Below are positions 29,706-38,887 of a DNA stretch of 64,000 nucleotides, piece after piece. How positions within the stretch are numbered: the stretch's first letter is position 1; the number at the start of each line of letters is the position of its first letter. Both the position numbers and the translations under genes were made by a program. The notes beneath the pieces were generated by a model that was not told the DNA's origin, searched no databases, and saw only the letters and a list, made by a program, of their open reading frames with translations. This DNA is from Candidatus Poribacteria bacterium (GTDB lineage: Bacteria; Poribacteria; WGA-4E; WGA-3G): positions 320,001-384,000 of the forward strand of contig OZ244048.1 in assembly GCA_965215265.1 (NCBI GenBank), written 5' to 3'.

Positions 29706-30653
29706 CTAAACTTCTTGCATTGTAGCCAGTCCAGTCTGCCATTCCTGACCTTTCTTGCCTGCGTAGAGCATGGCGTAGGTACCGCCGATTTCAAAGATCT
29801 GTCCCGTCAAAACCCCGTCGCAATCAAACGCATCCGGGTCTTCCGATGGTGTAAAAACAGGGTTATAAGGGTTGGGTTCAAAGGTTCGGAAATCGCGAGT
29901 GCGCACATGCCCGATGCGCCAGACTTTTCCGTCGTATCCGCCGTAAAGGATGTGGAAGTAGTGTGGTTCTTTGAACAATTCGGTTTCACGAACGGCTTGC
30001 CTGTCCCATGCTTGCCCACTCCCTCTGAAAACAGGATTGGTAGTATTTTTTGTGACCGACGCTGGGTTTTCGGTCGGTGCGGTTGCGTGACACATCGTCA
30101 GGCCGTCCGCGAACGACCGGGTCGCCTTCCCAGTATAAACAATGTGAATCGTGTTGCCTACGACCGCGACAGACGGGTGCGTTGAGCCGTATCGTTCGTG
30201 TTCGGTATCTGCAGGGATAACAGGAGTTCGCTGGACGCGCCGCCACTCGCCGAGGTCTCCATTGCTCACAAGCAAGCCGGTCTGTTCAGGTGTTGTTTTC
30301 CCTTTTCCACGATAGTACATGTAGAATTTACCATCAGCAGGATTTAGGAACGGAAAGGGGTATTCGACGGCTGTACTATCGAAACCATCAACTGAAGGCT
30401 CAAGGATAGGGTTCCGCGAATCCTGAGTAATGTCAGTAGGGGCACTGATGGGAGCTGTCGCGTGCATCATCACCCATCGAACATCAGGCTCGCGTTTACA
30501 CCAGATGTAGTGTAGCGTATCATCAACGATGATAGCATGGGTTGCTGCCGCCCAGCGCGGCGGTGGCAGCGAGATAATTGGATTACCTGTTTCTATTCTC
30601 TTGAAACTGGCAAATACTTCAAATGGGATGGTATCTTTCGGCGGATATGCCAT
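29706..30653 (-). CDS. Five-bladed beta-propeller glycosidase-like protein (GH43/32/130-like)
   Basis: GAGGTG SD before ATG 30653 (MAYPP, 315 aa); repeated NPxxxP...FD and MYY.G blades; ends WQTGLAT. Confidence 0.8.
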   Translation of the reverse strand: MAYPPKDTIPFEVFASFKRIETGNPIISLPPPRWAAATHAIIVDDTLHYIWCKREPDVRWVMMHATAPISAPTDITQDSRNPILEPSVDGFDSTAVEYPFPFLNPADGKFYMYYRGKGKTTPEQTGLLVSNGDLGEWRRVQRTPVIPADTEHERYGSTHPSVAVVGNTIHIVYTGKATRSFADGLTMCHATAPTENPASVTKNTTNPVFRGSGQAWDRQAVRETELFKEPHYFHILYGGYDGKVWRIGHVRTRDFRTFEPNPYNPVFTPSEDPDAFDCDGVLTGQIFEIGGTYAMLYAGKKGQEWQTGLATMQEV

Positions 30654-31244
30654 TAATTTCACCTCTGTTTTACGGGACACGGCTGGGAAGCGCGCCGCAT
30701 CCCTATTACTTTCCTTAAACCGTAACATCTGCGGTTCACGTGCAGAGAGCCCGAAGCGATCTTGCCACGTCAGACGCATTTCCGTTGGCGTGTTTAAAAG
30801 GATTGCTTCGGTAATCAGGCTCGCCCCAGTTACCTGTTGTGGAACATCGTTCAAGGTTGCCTCTGCGAGTTCCTGTATGGTTGTGGCTTCGAGTGCCGTA
30901 GTGCTACCCTTCAGCACCCGAACTATTCCACCGCGTACATCTACGTTCAGTGGTTCTTGGTGCTGTAGATAGGCGGGCAATTCGACTTTGGCAATCAATT
31001 GTTTCAACAACGCCATCGTCTCAGCAAATCGGCTCACCAGAAGCGTCTTTGCCAACCCGGGGACACCCATCAACAGTGCATGCCCCTGAGAAAATAGACA
31101 GATGGCTAAATGTTCAATAACCTTTTCCTGCCCGATGATGATCTTGGCGAGCGATTCTTTTAATTGCTCATAGACGTTGCGAAGTTCGTCAATCGCAGCA
31201 ACATCGTCAGCGCGCATTGTGTCAATGTTTTGGGGTGTCTGCAT
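30654..31244 (-). pseudogene. Chimeric relic: MoxR AAA+ ATPase N-terminus fused to an internal fragment of another gene
   Basis: IIGQEKVI...GHALLMGVPGLAKT (MoxR Walker A) ends near aa 80 with no Walker B; followed by unrelated VELPAYLQ...WQDRFGL. Confidence 0.75.
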
Positions 31245-31770
31245 AATATACCTTTTCTAAATAGTTTTTAGTTAATAACGTATCGTTATAGAATTATACT
31301 ATAAATCTAATTAAAAATGTATGCATACCGAAAAGAGATACAGTCATTTGGTTTTTCTAGTCCGTTGGGAATAGGCTAATTTAGGGCACGTCTCTATCAA
31401 AAGCGAGTCGTGAGACACTTCGCCGCGGAGATATATAGGTTGTATTTACAGTCATGTTTCAACGCTGCACGTTTTGTTGTGACGCATACCACAAATAATT
31501 TACAAAAAAGTTGCATTTTTTTGCTATAGAAATTAAAAAGTGAAACGTTTATCTTTTTCTAATACTGCCAAATCAGGATAGGCACGTGAGAAATCAGTTT
31601 GCGTGCAGCACAACATCCATAAAAAAGATTTGCAATACACTGTACTATCTGGTAAAATGAATGTAAAAGTAAAAAGGTAATTTTAGTTTAACCATAAAAG
31701 AATTTCAGTTTAAACTCAATACAAAAATCGGTTATGACGTTAATCAATACAAAATAGGAGAAATTAGAGA

Positions 31771-32397
31771 ATGACACGTTTAATTTTCTGCTTGAATTGT
31801 CTCTTTCTGAGTACTGTTTTCAGTCTCACGACTCACGCACAAAAAACTGACTTCACTAGGAATTTTGAACTTGCTAATACCTTGGAAGCCAATAACCGTG
31901 AGTCGCAAAGAACAGACTTTACCAAAAATTTCGGAATCGGATTTCAGGGGGCCACCCCTGCTTTTGGTGGAATTAGTTTCCGTTACACGGGACTCGCCCC
32001 CATCTATCTTCAAACCGTTGGACGTTTTATTCTCAATAATCAGGATAGCGATCATATGTTAGGGGCTGGGGTTTCTTACGCCATCTTTCAGCACGAAAAT
32101 AGATTTGGCATATCGCGGCTTTATTTTACCTTACAGGGAGGCTGGCGAGATAAGAGACAGGAGGAGTACTACTTCCAGAAGGAGGACGACTTTCATAAGG
32201 AAATCCAGACTACGACACAGACTACGACACTCGGAGCTGGGCTCGCTTTTGGCGGAGAATTGGTGGTTTCCCTGATGGGGATTCCGCTCGGACTCAACAT
32301 GGAAATAGGACAAGGGGTTGGCAGAGAAACAGAGGGTTCGCAATCCAAAGGGATTGCTGGGATTTATGTAGGAGGCGGCGTACATGCCTATTTCTAA
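31771..32397 (+). CDS. Probable outer-membrane beta-barrel protein
   Basis: Signal peptide, alternating amphipathic strands, C-terminal GVHAYF. Confidence 0.75.
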   Translation: MTRLIFCLNCLFLSTVFSLTTHAQKTDFTRNFELANTLEANNRESQRTDFTKNFGIGFQGATPAFGGISFRYTGLAPIYLQTVGRFILNNQDSDHMLGAGVSYAIFQHENRFGISRLYFTLQGGWRDKRQEEYYFQKEDDFHKEIQTTTQTTTLGAGLAFGGELVVSLMGIPLGLNMEIGQGVGRETEGSQSKGIAGIYVGGGVHAYF

Positions 32398-33949
32398 ATT
32401 TCTCTTTCACCGCTTGTTCTTCATACTGCTTTTTTGTATCTACTTCTCCGGATGCTCAGCACTATTTGACGAAGAAGTCAAACCGATGATACCTACTTCC
32501 AGCGAATTCACTTTTGAGCGCTACGAAGTCATCACCGGCTTGACGAAACGTCAGACTGTGTTGAGCGGATTCTTGCTGAGCGGTGCTATGGCGGAGCTTG
32601 CCGTACTCAACGACGACCGGCGCTTGCACATCTACACGTTTGAGAATAGAAGATGGGTTCCCAAGATTGACTTAATTCTACGTCCGGGTGTGTTGTTCGT
32701 CGACGTTGTCAACATCGGTGGACAGGACTGCTTGATTACCTATGAAGAGGGTTCTCTCAACTGTTTCGATTCGGAATTAGCATCGGAACGCGTGCTGCTA
32801 ACGGTTACGGCTATTAAACCGCCTCACAGTGGCGAGATTCCTCATGTTGACATCACCAGAGACGTAAACCACGATGGCATCGATGATCTGGTGGTGCCGG
32901 ATGTCGATGGTTTCCAAGTATTCATCCAAAAGCATGATGGCACTTTCGCCGAACCTATAAAACTTGGCACCGCACCCGAATTCGACGAACACTACGAAGC
33001 CGGTGGCTATCGATACACCCCTTGGAATCAGAGCCGCATCCACGAGATTGACTACAACCGCGATGGACGGAGCGACTTGGTATTCTGGAACGAAGATCAC
33101 TTCGTGGCTCATCTCCAAGATGAGCAGGGGCTATTTGTACCGGAGCCAAAGACCTTCACGACTGATGTTGTTTTTGATTCGAACGAGCTCGCCTCACTCG
33201 CCGCACCGAAAGGCGTACGCAGTCGACGTAAGGATAACATGCCGACCGGCGCGATGACAGGAAGGGTACTGCACTCATTAGCCGACTTAAACGGCGATAA
33301 CATCGCCGACCTCTCCGTTTTCTCACTAAAAGGGGGCGGGCTGTGGAACATGCACTCCACCTACGAGGTGCATTTCGGAATCCCCACACCTGATGGCGGC
33401 ACCGTGTTCTCTCCCGAAATCGCCACCACGATTGAATCGGATGGTATTCCGTTCGGGGTAGAGCAGCACGACTTTGACCAGGACGGCCAGGTCGATATGA
33501 TGTTCACAACCATTAACCCAGGCGTTTTTAAGGCCATCGGCATGCTCGTCAGTTCGATTCTGACGCGTTCTGTGTTACTGGACCTTCACTGCTATTATAT
33601 GGAAAACGGTAGCTATTCCAATAAAGCCAACACTATCCGCAAAATTAAATCGCAAACCCCTGATGAGACAATGGAAAAAACTTTGTTCCCAGCCGTACTG
33701 CTCGGAAATGTGAACGGTGATAAATACACAGACCTGGTGATGGGATGGGGACGAAAAGAGCTTCACGTCTTTCCTGGCGTGCCGGGACCTGACGTGTTCG
33801 CTCGGAAGCCCAAGAAGATAGCCGTCGCTATGCCCAATGAGGAATACACTTGGCTGGTGGACCTCAACAAGGATGGCAAACAGGACATCCTCCTCCACCA
33901 TCTTTCTACCACCGAACCCCACCGGGTGACAATATTAATCGCCCAATGA
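32384..33949 (+). CDS. FG-GAP/VCBS-repeat lipoprotein
   Basis: Lipobox FSGC; repeated DxNxDGxxDL motifs. Confidence 0.88.
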   Translation: MPISKFLFHRLFFILLFCIYFSGCSALFDEEVKPMIPTSSEFTFERYEVITGLTKRQTVLSGFLLSGAMAELAVLNDDRRLHIYTFENRRWVPKIDLILRPGVLFVDVVNIGGQDCLITYEEGSLNCFDSELASERVLLTVTAIKPPHSGEIPHVDITRDVNHDGIDDLVVPDVDGFQVFIQKHDGTFAEPIKLGTAPEFDEHYEAGGYRYTPWNQSRIHEIDYNRDGRSDLVFWNEDHFVAHLQDEQGLFVPEPKTFTTDVVFDSNELASLAAPKGVRSRRKDNMPTGAMTGRVLHSLADLNGDNIADLSVFSLKGGGLWNMHSTYEVHFGIPTPDGGTVFSPEIATTIESDGIPFGVEQHDFDQDGQVDMMFTTINPGVFKAIGMLVSSILTRSVLLDLHCYYMENGSYSNKANTIRKIKSQTPDETMEKTLFPAVLLGNVNGDKYTDLVMGWGRKELHVFPGVPGPDVFARKPKKIAVAMPNEEYTWLVDLNKDGKQDILLHHLSTTEPHRVTILIAQ

Positions 33950-34047
33950 ACAAAATCCGTGGGTTTATCAAATGCTACCACCCAAAACTTCCTATTTCAA
34001 TTGACGTATATTCAGATCTGTTATATCAGACGCTTACGGAGTTAACC

Positions 34048-34905
34048 ATGAACACAACATCAACGCCCGAAGCCAGGCGTTTCGCGCTAAGTCCCGACGA
34101 ACTCTCATACTGGAACGAAAACGGTTACATCGTCCGATTGGACGTATTTACCGCTGAAGAAAATGCAGCACTCCGCCAAGTCGCTGAAGACATTGTAGAT
34201 AGGAAACGGCCGTTTCCGGCCGCGCATATAGATCAGAATGCACTTGTGAGAGACGGAAAAGTGGAGCAGTCAGGTATCTATGCGATGCATAAAATCCACC
34301 ATCCGAGTTGTTACTGTCCAGAATTTCTCGAGCGAGTACGCGATGCCCGTCTAACAGATCCGGTCGTTGACATGCTCGGCCCTAATATTCTCGGCATCAA
34401 CAATCTCTTTATCTGGAAAGCACCCAAAATAGGCCTCGGCTTTCCATGGCACCAAGACAAATTCTACTTCCGCACTCGGTTTAAGACCGAAACGACCATC
34501 GGGACCTGGACTGCTATTGACGCGGCAGATCGGGAGAACGGCTGCCTCTATGTTATCCCCGGCAGCCACACGGGCGATATTTTTCAGCACGACGAACTTG
34601 AAGGCTCACAACAAGGTGAGTTCAAGCTCGCACGCGGGGTGCGCGATGAAGACGGTGTCGCTATAGAAGTACCACCCGGCGCAGTTATTTGGTTCCACAG
34701 CCACCTTTTGCATAAGAGTACAGACAATCACAGCCTCCGCTTCCGTCGAAGTTACGTCTCCCATTACCTCAGCGCTCACGCCGAATGGTCATCGCCTAAG
34801 CCGGCCGGTAGAGGGCAACCTATTATGTGGATTCGTGGTGAGACCTTCTCTGGCAAGGTTCGCGAAGTTGAACGTGACATAGTGCCTGTTTCGGAATCAG
34901 GTTGA
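34048..34905 (+). CDS. Phytanoyl-CoA dioxygenase (PhyH) family protein
   Basis: GGAG SD before ATG 34048; ENGY, WHQD, NGCLYVIPGSH, LLHKS...R. Confidence 0.93.
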   Translation: MNTTSTPEARRFALSPDELSYWNENGYIVRLDVFTAEENAALRQVAEDIVDRKRPFPAAHIDQNALVRDGKVEQSGIYAMHKIHHPSCYCPEFLERVRDARLTDPVVDMLGPNILGINNLFIWKAPKIGLGFPWHQDKFYFRTRFKTETTIGTWTAIDAADRENGCLYVIPGSHTGDIFQHDELEGSQQGEFKLARGVRDEDGVAIEVPPGAVIWFHSHLLHKSTDNHSLRFRRSYVSHYLSAHAEWSSPKPAGRGQPIMWIRGETFSGKVREVERDIVPVSESG

Positions 34906-34944
34906 TATGTAAACTCAAACAGATAGCGCAATGGAGAATCAAGA

Positions 34945-35763
34945 ATGGAGAACATGATATCCACTGTTAGAGAATTGCTTATCGTGATTTTGATAGTGCT
35001 AATAGGCTTGTTGTGTAGTTCCGACCTCGCTATAGCAGATGTATTAGAGGATGCACTTGTTGCTGCGTGGTTTTTTGACGAGGACCAAGGCAATAAAGCG
35101 AGTGATGCCTCTGGGAACGGGCATACCGGTGATATTCAGGGTGCGAAATGGGTCCAAGGAAAAAGAGGTAGCGCTTTGGAATTCAACGGTGCAGGCAATA
35201 TCGTGGAAATTCCACATCAGGATACATTTAACCTCCTCACTTACACAGTATCCGCTTGGATCAGAACGCAGCCCAACGGCAAATGGCAAACGGTGCTCGG
35301 GAAGGAACCTATTGCTGGGAATCCACGGAATTATGGTGTCTTCATTGCCGGGGATACAAAATTGCTGGGTGTTAATTATACCACAGGAGGTCAGTGGAAG
35401 ACTGCCTTTAGCAAGACGATCGCGGCAGATGGTAAATGGCATCACGTTGCCGCTACCTATGATGGAAAGATGCTTCGGGCATATATGGACGGCAATATGG
35501 AGGGTGAAACCGCCACGAATATCCCGCCAGACCATAACACTGAACCAGTCAGAATTGGACGCTGGGGAGCACCGAGAGGTGACTTCATGGAAGGTATTAT
35601 TGATGACGTTGCCATTTTCAGTGAGGCACTGACTGCTAATGAAATCCGCGATATTACCATGAATCTATCAGACGCGTTAGCGGTTGAGGCATCCGGGAAA
35701 CTGACGATAAAATGGGGAATGATAAAGCAGCACTTCAAGGTATCCCCTGATAAAAGTCTTTGA
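34945..35763 (+). CDS. LamG-like secreted protein
   Basis: Signal peptide, LVAAWFFDE, WHHVAATYDG, GIIDDV, tail AVEASGKLTIKWGMIK. Confidence 0.93.
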   Translation: MENMISTVRELLIVILIVLIGLLCSSDLAIADVLEDALVAAWFFDEDQGNKASDASGNGHTGDIQGAKWVQGKRGSALEFNGAGNIVEIPHQDTFNLLTYTVSAWIRTQPNGKWQTVLGKEPIAGNPRNYGVFIAGDTKLLGVNYTTGGQWKTAFSKTIAADGKWHHVAATYDGKMLRAYMDGNMEGETATNIPPDHNTEPVRIGRWGAPRGDFMEGIIDDVAIFSEALTANEIRDITMNLSDALAVEASGKLTIKWGMIKQHFKVSPDKSL

Positions 35764-35834
35764 AAACCCATCGTGTCTTTTTCGGTGTTGCAGGACGGAA
35801 CCAAACCGCCCTCGGCGGATTCTGAAGCTTCAAA

Positions 35835-36050
35835 TGCCATCAAGGCTTGCAGGAACGCTTCAAAACTGGGTATCTCAACGGTGCTGAGATGCAGCTGCTT
35901 GAGCCGCGCCAGCTCCGGTATCGCTTCAAGGCGCGGTAGGATCGTCTGCACGTCGCTCTGTGGGAACCGTGCGGTGAGCACCGTGATGACGTTTTCTATC
36001 GCAGTCCGGCGTGCACCTTGTTCTATCCCTTGCTCAATCCCAAATTGAAG
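35835..36050 (-). pseudogene. C-terminal remnant of an Rpn/YhgA-like (PD-(D/E)xK putative transposase) gene
   Basis: GIEQGIEQG...VLTARF...LEAIPELARLKQLHLSTVEIPSFEAFLQAL; no nuclease domain. Confidence 0.7.
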
Positions 36051-36175
36051 AAAAGGGCACACCTCGCCCACTCATAAAATAAATTATCTTGAAAAATATC
36101 CGAAACTGTAGTAAACTTAATAACGAACTGTTAGGTTGTATTATTATCTGGTTGCTACAAGGAGACTTAATACAG

Positions 36176-37465
36176 ATGAAACGCTTCTTGAAAAAAAGAA
36201 AAGCCGCTTTCGTTCACATTAACATCTTGTTTCTATTATTGTTGGGATTTAGCCTGTGCGTTGTTTTAGGCGTTACCTCCGCTAGTGAGTTAACCTCCGG
36301 AGAATCGTCCTCTGCTGGGAAACGCATCGCCGTGCTCTATTTCGAGGACTCCACTCAATTCGATTCCTCCACCGGCTGTGGCTGTGTGCCGAACTTCATC
36401 GGGCAAATCTTCGGTACCAAGAAACGGTGGGATTTGGAGGCCGGATTCGCCAAGATACTCAGCCGAAAATTAGTTGAAACAAGCGTGTATAAACCCCTAA
36501 GTAGAGATGAGCTGCTTGATGCTATGGCACAGATGACGCTTTCTCGAGACAACTTAAAAAAACTGGATAAAGCACAGCGGGCAGAGTTCGCAAAATTGCT
36601 CAACGCAGATGTCCTTGTTACCGGGGATATCCGTAGGTTTAACCAGGAACGTCTAAAAACAAACGCCTCCCGCACGCTAAGAGAAGGCGGACGGGATAAC
36701 CGATCTTCCGCCAGCTTCATTGCACCCATCCAGGTGCTGGGTTACCTACACCGTGCAACAGTGAAATTGGACATGAAGTTTTATAACCCTGCCGGTGACA
36801 TCATCGCAGCACCGAACATTGCCGCAAGCCGCGACCATTCCCTCGCCGGCACAAGAGTTGCCTCCCTGCAAGCTAGTGTAACTGAGGACGGAACAAATCT
36901 CTCCTTTGGGCAGACAACAGCAAAGCAGCGGAAAAACCAAAAACCGATTGTCAGACCCACTGAACTCAACCGAATTCAGTTTGCAAGTACTGAATACGAC
37001 AGAACGCTGCTCGGCGTGGTAACCAACGAGGCTTTGATTAAGGTAGTGATGGCACTGCGAGATAACGTCGGCCCGAACTTCATTACCCCATGGGAAACAC
37101 AACCTGCAACCGACAAAAAGGAAACGAATTCAGCCGAAAGAGACTCGGATGAGCCCATCAAAGGGAAAATTCAATATGTCGATAGCGAAGATTTGGACAA
37201 AATCTATGTCAGCATCGGTGCTGCTAAAGGTATCGCGATTAACCAACAGTTCGCTGTCTACACACAAGGGAAACCGATACGAGATATAGACACGGGTGAA
37301 ATCTTGACATATATGCCGCGCAAAATCGCTACCGTCGCTGTTGCTGAAATTCTGAATAATAAAATTTCGATTTTCCGTCTCGTTGAAGGTGAAGATACGC
37401 TTAAAATAGGTGATGTCGTTCGTGAAATCACACCCGAGGATGCGGAGAAAAGCGAAGAAAAATAA
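36176..37465 (+). CDS. CsgG/FlgT-like periplasmic or outer-membrane-associated protein
   Basis: AAGGAG SD; signal; KRIAVLYF...ADVLVTGDI CsgG-like region; C-terminal IGxxxGI...DxDTGExL...GDVV FlgT_C-like region. Confidence 0.75.
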   Translation: MKRFLKKRKAAFVHINILFLLLLGFSLCVVLGVTSASELTSGESSSAGKRIAVLYFEDSTQFDSSTGCGCVPNFIGQIFGTKKRWDLEAGFAKILSRKLVETSVYKPLSRDELLDAMAQMTLSRDNLKKLDKAQRAEFAKLLNADVLVTGDIRRFNQERLKTNASRTLREGGRDNRSSASFIAPIQVLGYLHRATVKLDMKFYNPAGDIIAAPNIAASRDHSLAGTRVASLQASVTEDGTNLSFGQTTAKQRKNQKPIVRPTELNRIQFASTEYDRTLLGVVTNEALIKVVMALRDNVGPNFITPWETQPATDKKETNSAERDSDEPIKGKIQYVDSEDLDKIYVSIGAAKGIAINQQFAVYTQGKPIRDIDTGEILTYMPRKIATVAVAEILNNKISIFRLVEGEDTLKIGDVVREITPEDAEKSEEK

Positions 37466-37475
37466 GGAGTTTGAC

Positions 37476-38564
37476 ATGAACCGTCTGAATTTCAAGCCGT
37501 TGCCCTGCTTCTTGTTCCTTATCAGTTTGACATGGATCATCACAAACGGATTGTTCTGCACTGGATGCGAAGATCCGGGTGCCAGAAAAAAAGGTGAACA
37601 GAACGCTACCACCGAGAGCCAGAAAATTAAAATCGGTTTATCCATGGATTCCTTGCGCGTCGAACGTTGGCAGAAGGACCGGGATATCTTCAAAGCCGAG
37701 GCAGAGAAACTGGGCGCAGAAGTTATCGTGCAGTCTGCTGATGGCGACGAACGTCGACAAAACGAGCAAGCCGAGAATATGATTACGCAGGGCGTGGATG
37801 TGCTTGTCGTCATTCCGAAAGATAGTGTCGCCGCTGCACAGATTGTACAAGCCGCGCACGCTGAAGACATCAAAGTCATCGCTTACGATCGGTTAATTCG
37901 CGAGAGCGAACCGGATCTTTACATCTCTTTTGATAACGAACAGGTCGGGTACCTACAAGCAGAATACCTGCTTCGTCAAAAACCGGCGGGGAATTACTTC
38001 CTACTGGGTGGCGCGCCGACTGATAACAATGCACAACTGCTTCGGAAAGGTCAGCTTCGCGCCCTGCAAACGGCTATTGATGCCGGGGATATTCGCTTAG
38101 TCGCTGGCGGAAAACATTGGGCCGTCAATTGGGACCCGCGCGACGCACTGAAGAAAACAGAACAGGTTCTCACACAGACGAATAACCGAATAGATGCCGT
38201 GGTTGCTTCTAACGACGGCACCGCCGGTGGAGCGATTCAGGCACTTGAAGGGCAAAACTTAGCAGGGAAAGTGCTTGTCTCCGGACAGGATGCCGAACTT
38301 GCCGCCTGCCAGCGAATTGTCAAAGGCACGCAAACCATGACGGTTTACAAACCGATTCATCTCATCGCAACGAAAGCCGCACAGGCCGCCGTCACCCTTG
38401 CCAAAGGGGAACCCATCGCCCAAACTACACAAATCGTTAACAACGGTAAAATTGATGTCCCCTCCATCTTGCTGAACCCGATTCAAATCGATAGTGCGAA
38501 CCTCGACGAGGTTGTCATCAAAGATGGATTCCATCCCGTCGAGGCTGTCTATCAGACACAGTAG
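37476..38564 (+). CDS. xylF: D-xylose-type sugar ABC transporter substrate-binding protein
   Basis: ERWQKDRDIF, AYDRLI, YISFDN, PTDNNA, ASNDGTAGG, SGQDA, QTMTVYKPI. Confidence 0.88.
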   Translation: MNRLNFKPLPCFLFLISLTWIITNGLFCTGCEDPGARKKGEQNATTESQKIKIGLSMDSLRVERWQKDRDIFKAEAEKLGAEVIVQSADGDERRQNEQAENMITQGVDVLVVIPKDSVAAAQIVQAAHAEDIKVIAYDRLIRESEPDLYISFDNEQVGYLQAEYLLRQKPAGNYFLLGGAPTDNNAQLLRKGQLRALQTAIDAGDIRLVAGGKHWAVNWDPRDALKKTEQVLTQTNNRIDAVVASNDGTAGGAIQALEGQNLAGKVLVSGQDAELAACQRIVKGTQTMTVYKPIHLIATKAAQAAVTLAKGEPIAQTTQIVNNGKIDVPSILLNPIQIDSANLDEVVIKDGFHPVEAVYQTQ

Positions 38565-38613
38565 CCGCAGCAAAGGTTATTTCACATCTCTTTTTAGAGA
38601 CATAGGAGAAAAA

Positions 38614-38802
38614 ATGTCAAACCAAACCCAATCGTCCACGTTAGAACAACTTTGCAAGAAAATTGAAACCTCGGATACGAGCCGACATCTCGCCCGCGCC
38701 GCACGAGAGATTCTCCTTGCGATGCAATCCACTGTGGATGCTATTATCGAAACCAAAACACGCAGAACGGAAACAGAGGTAGAGAAAGTTACAATCGAGT
38801 AA
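38614..38802 (+). CDS. Small hypothetical protein (62 aa)
   Basis: AGGAG SD, ATG 38614, HLxxAxREILLA helix. Confidence 0.6.
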   Translation: MSNQTQSSTLEQLCKKIETSDTSRHLARAAREILLAMQSTVDAIIETKTRRTETEVEKVTIE

Positions 38803-38887
38803 TTTTCCATACAAGTCCGGCGTGAGTCCAACCAAACCCAAGGTGTGATGCGAATAGAAATAGAAACAGAACGCTAGTATAGATAAA

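Noticed and set aside
29470-29742. 91-aa N-terminal extension of the 1454-aa ORF
   Set aside because: Overlaps the upstream gene; SD and signal peptide point to ATG 29469
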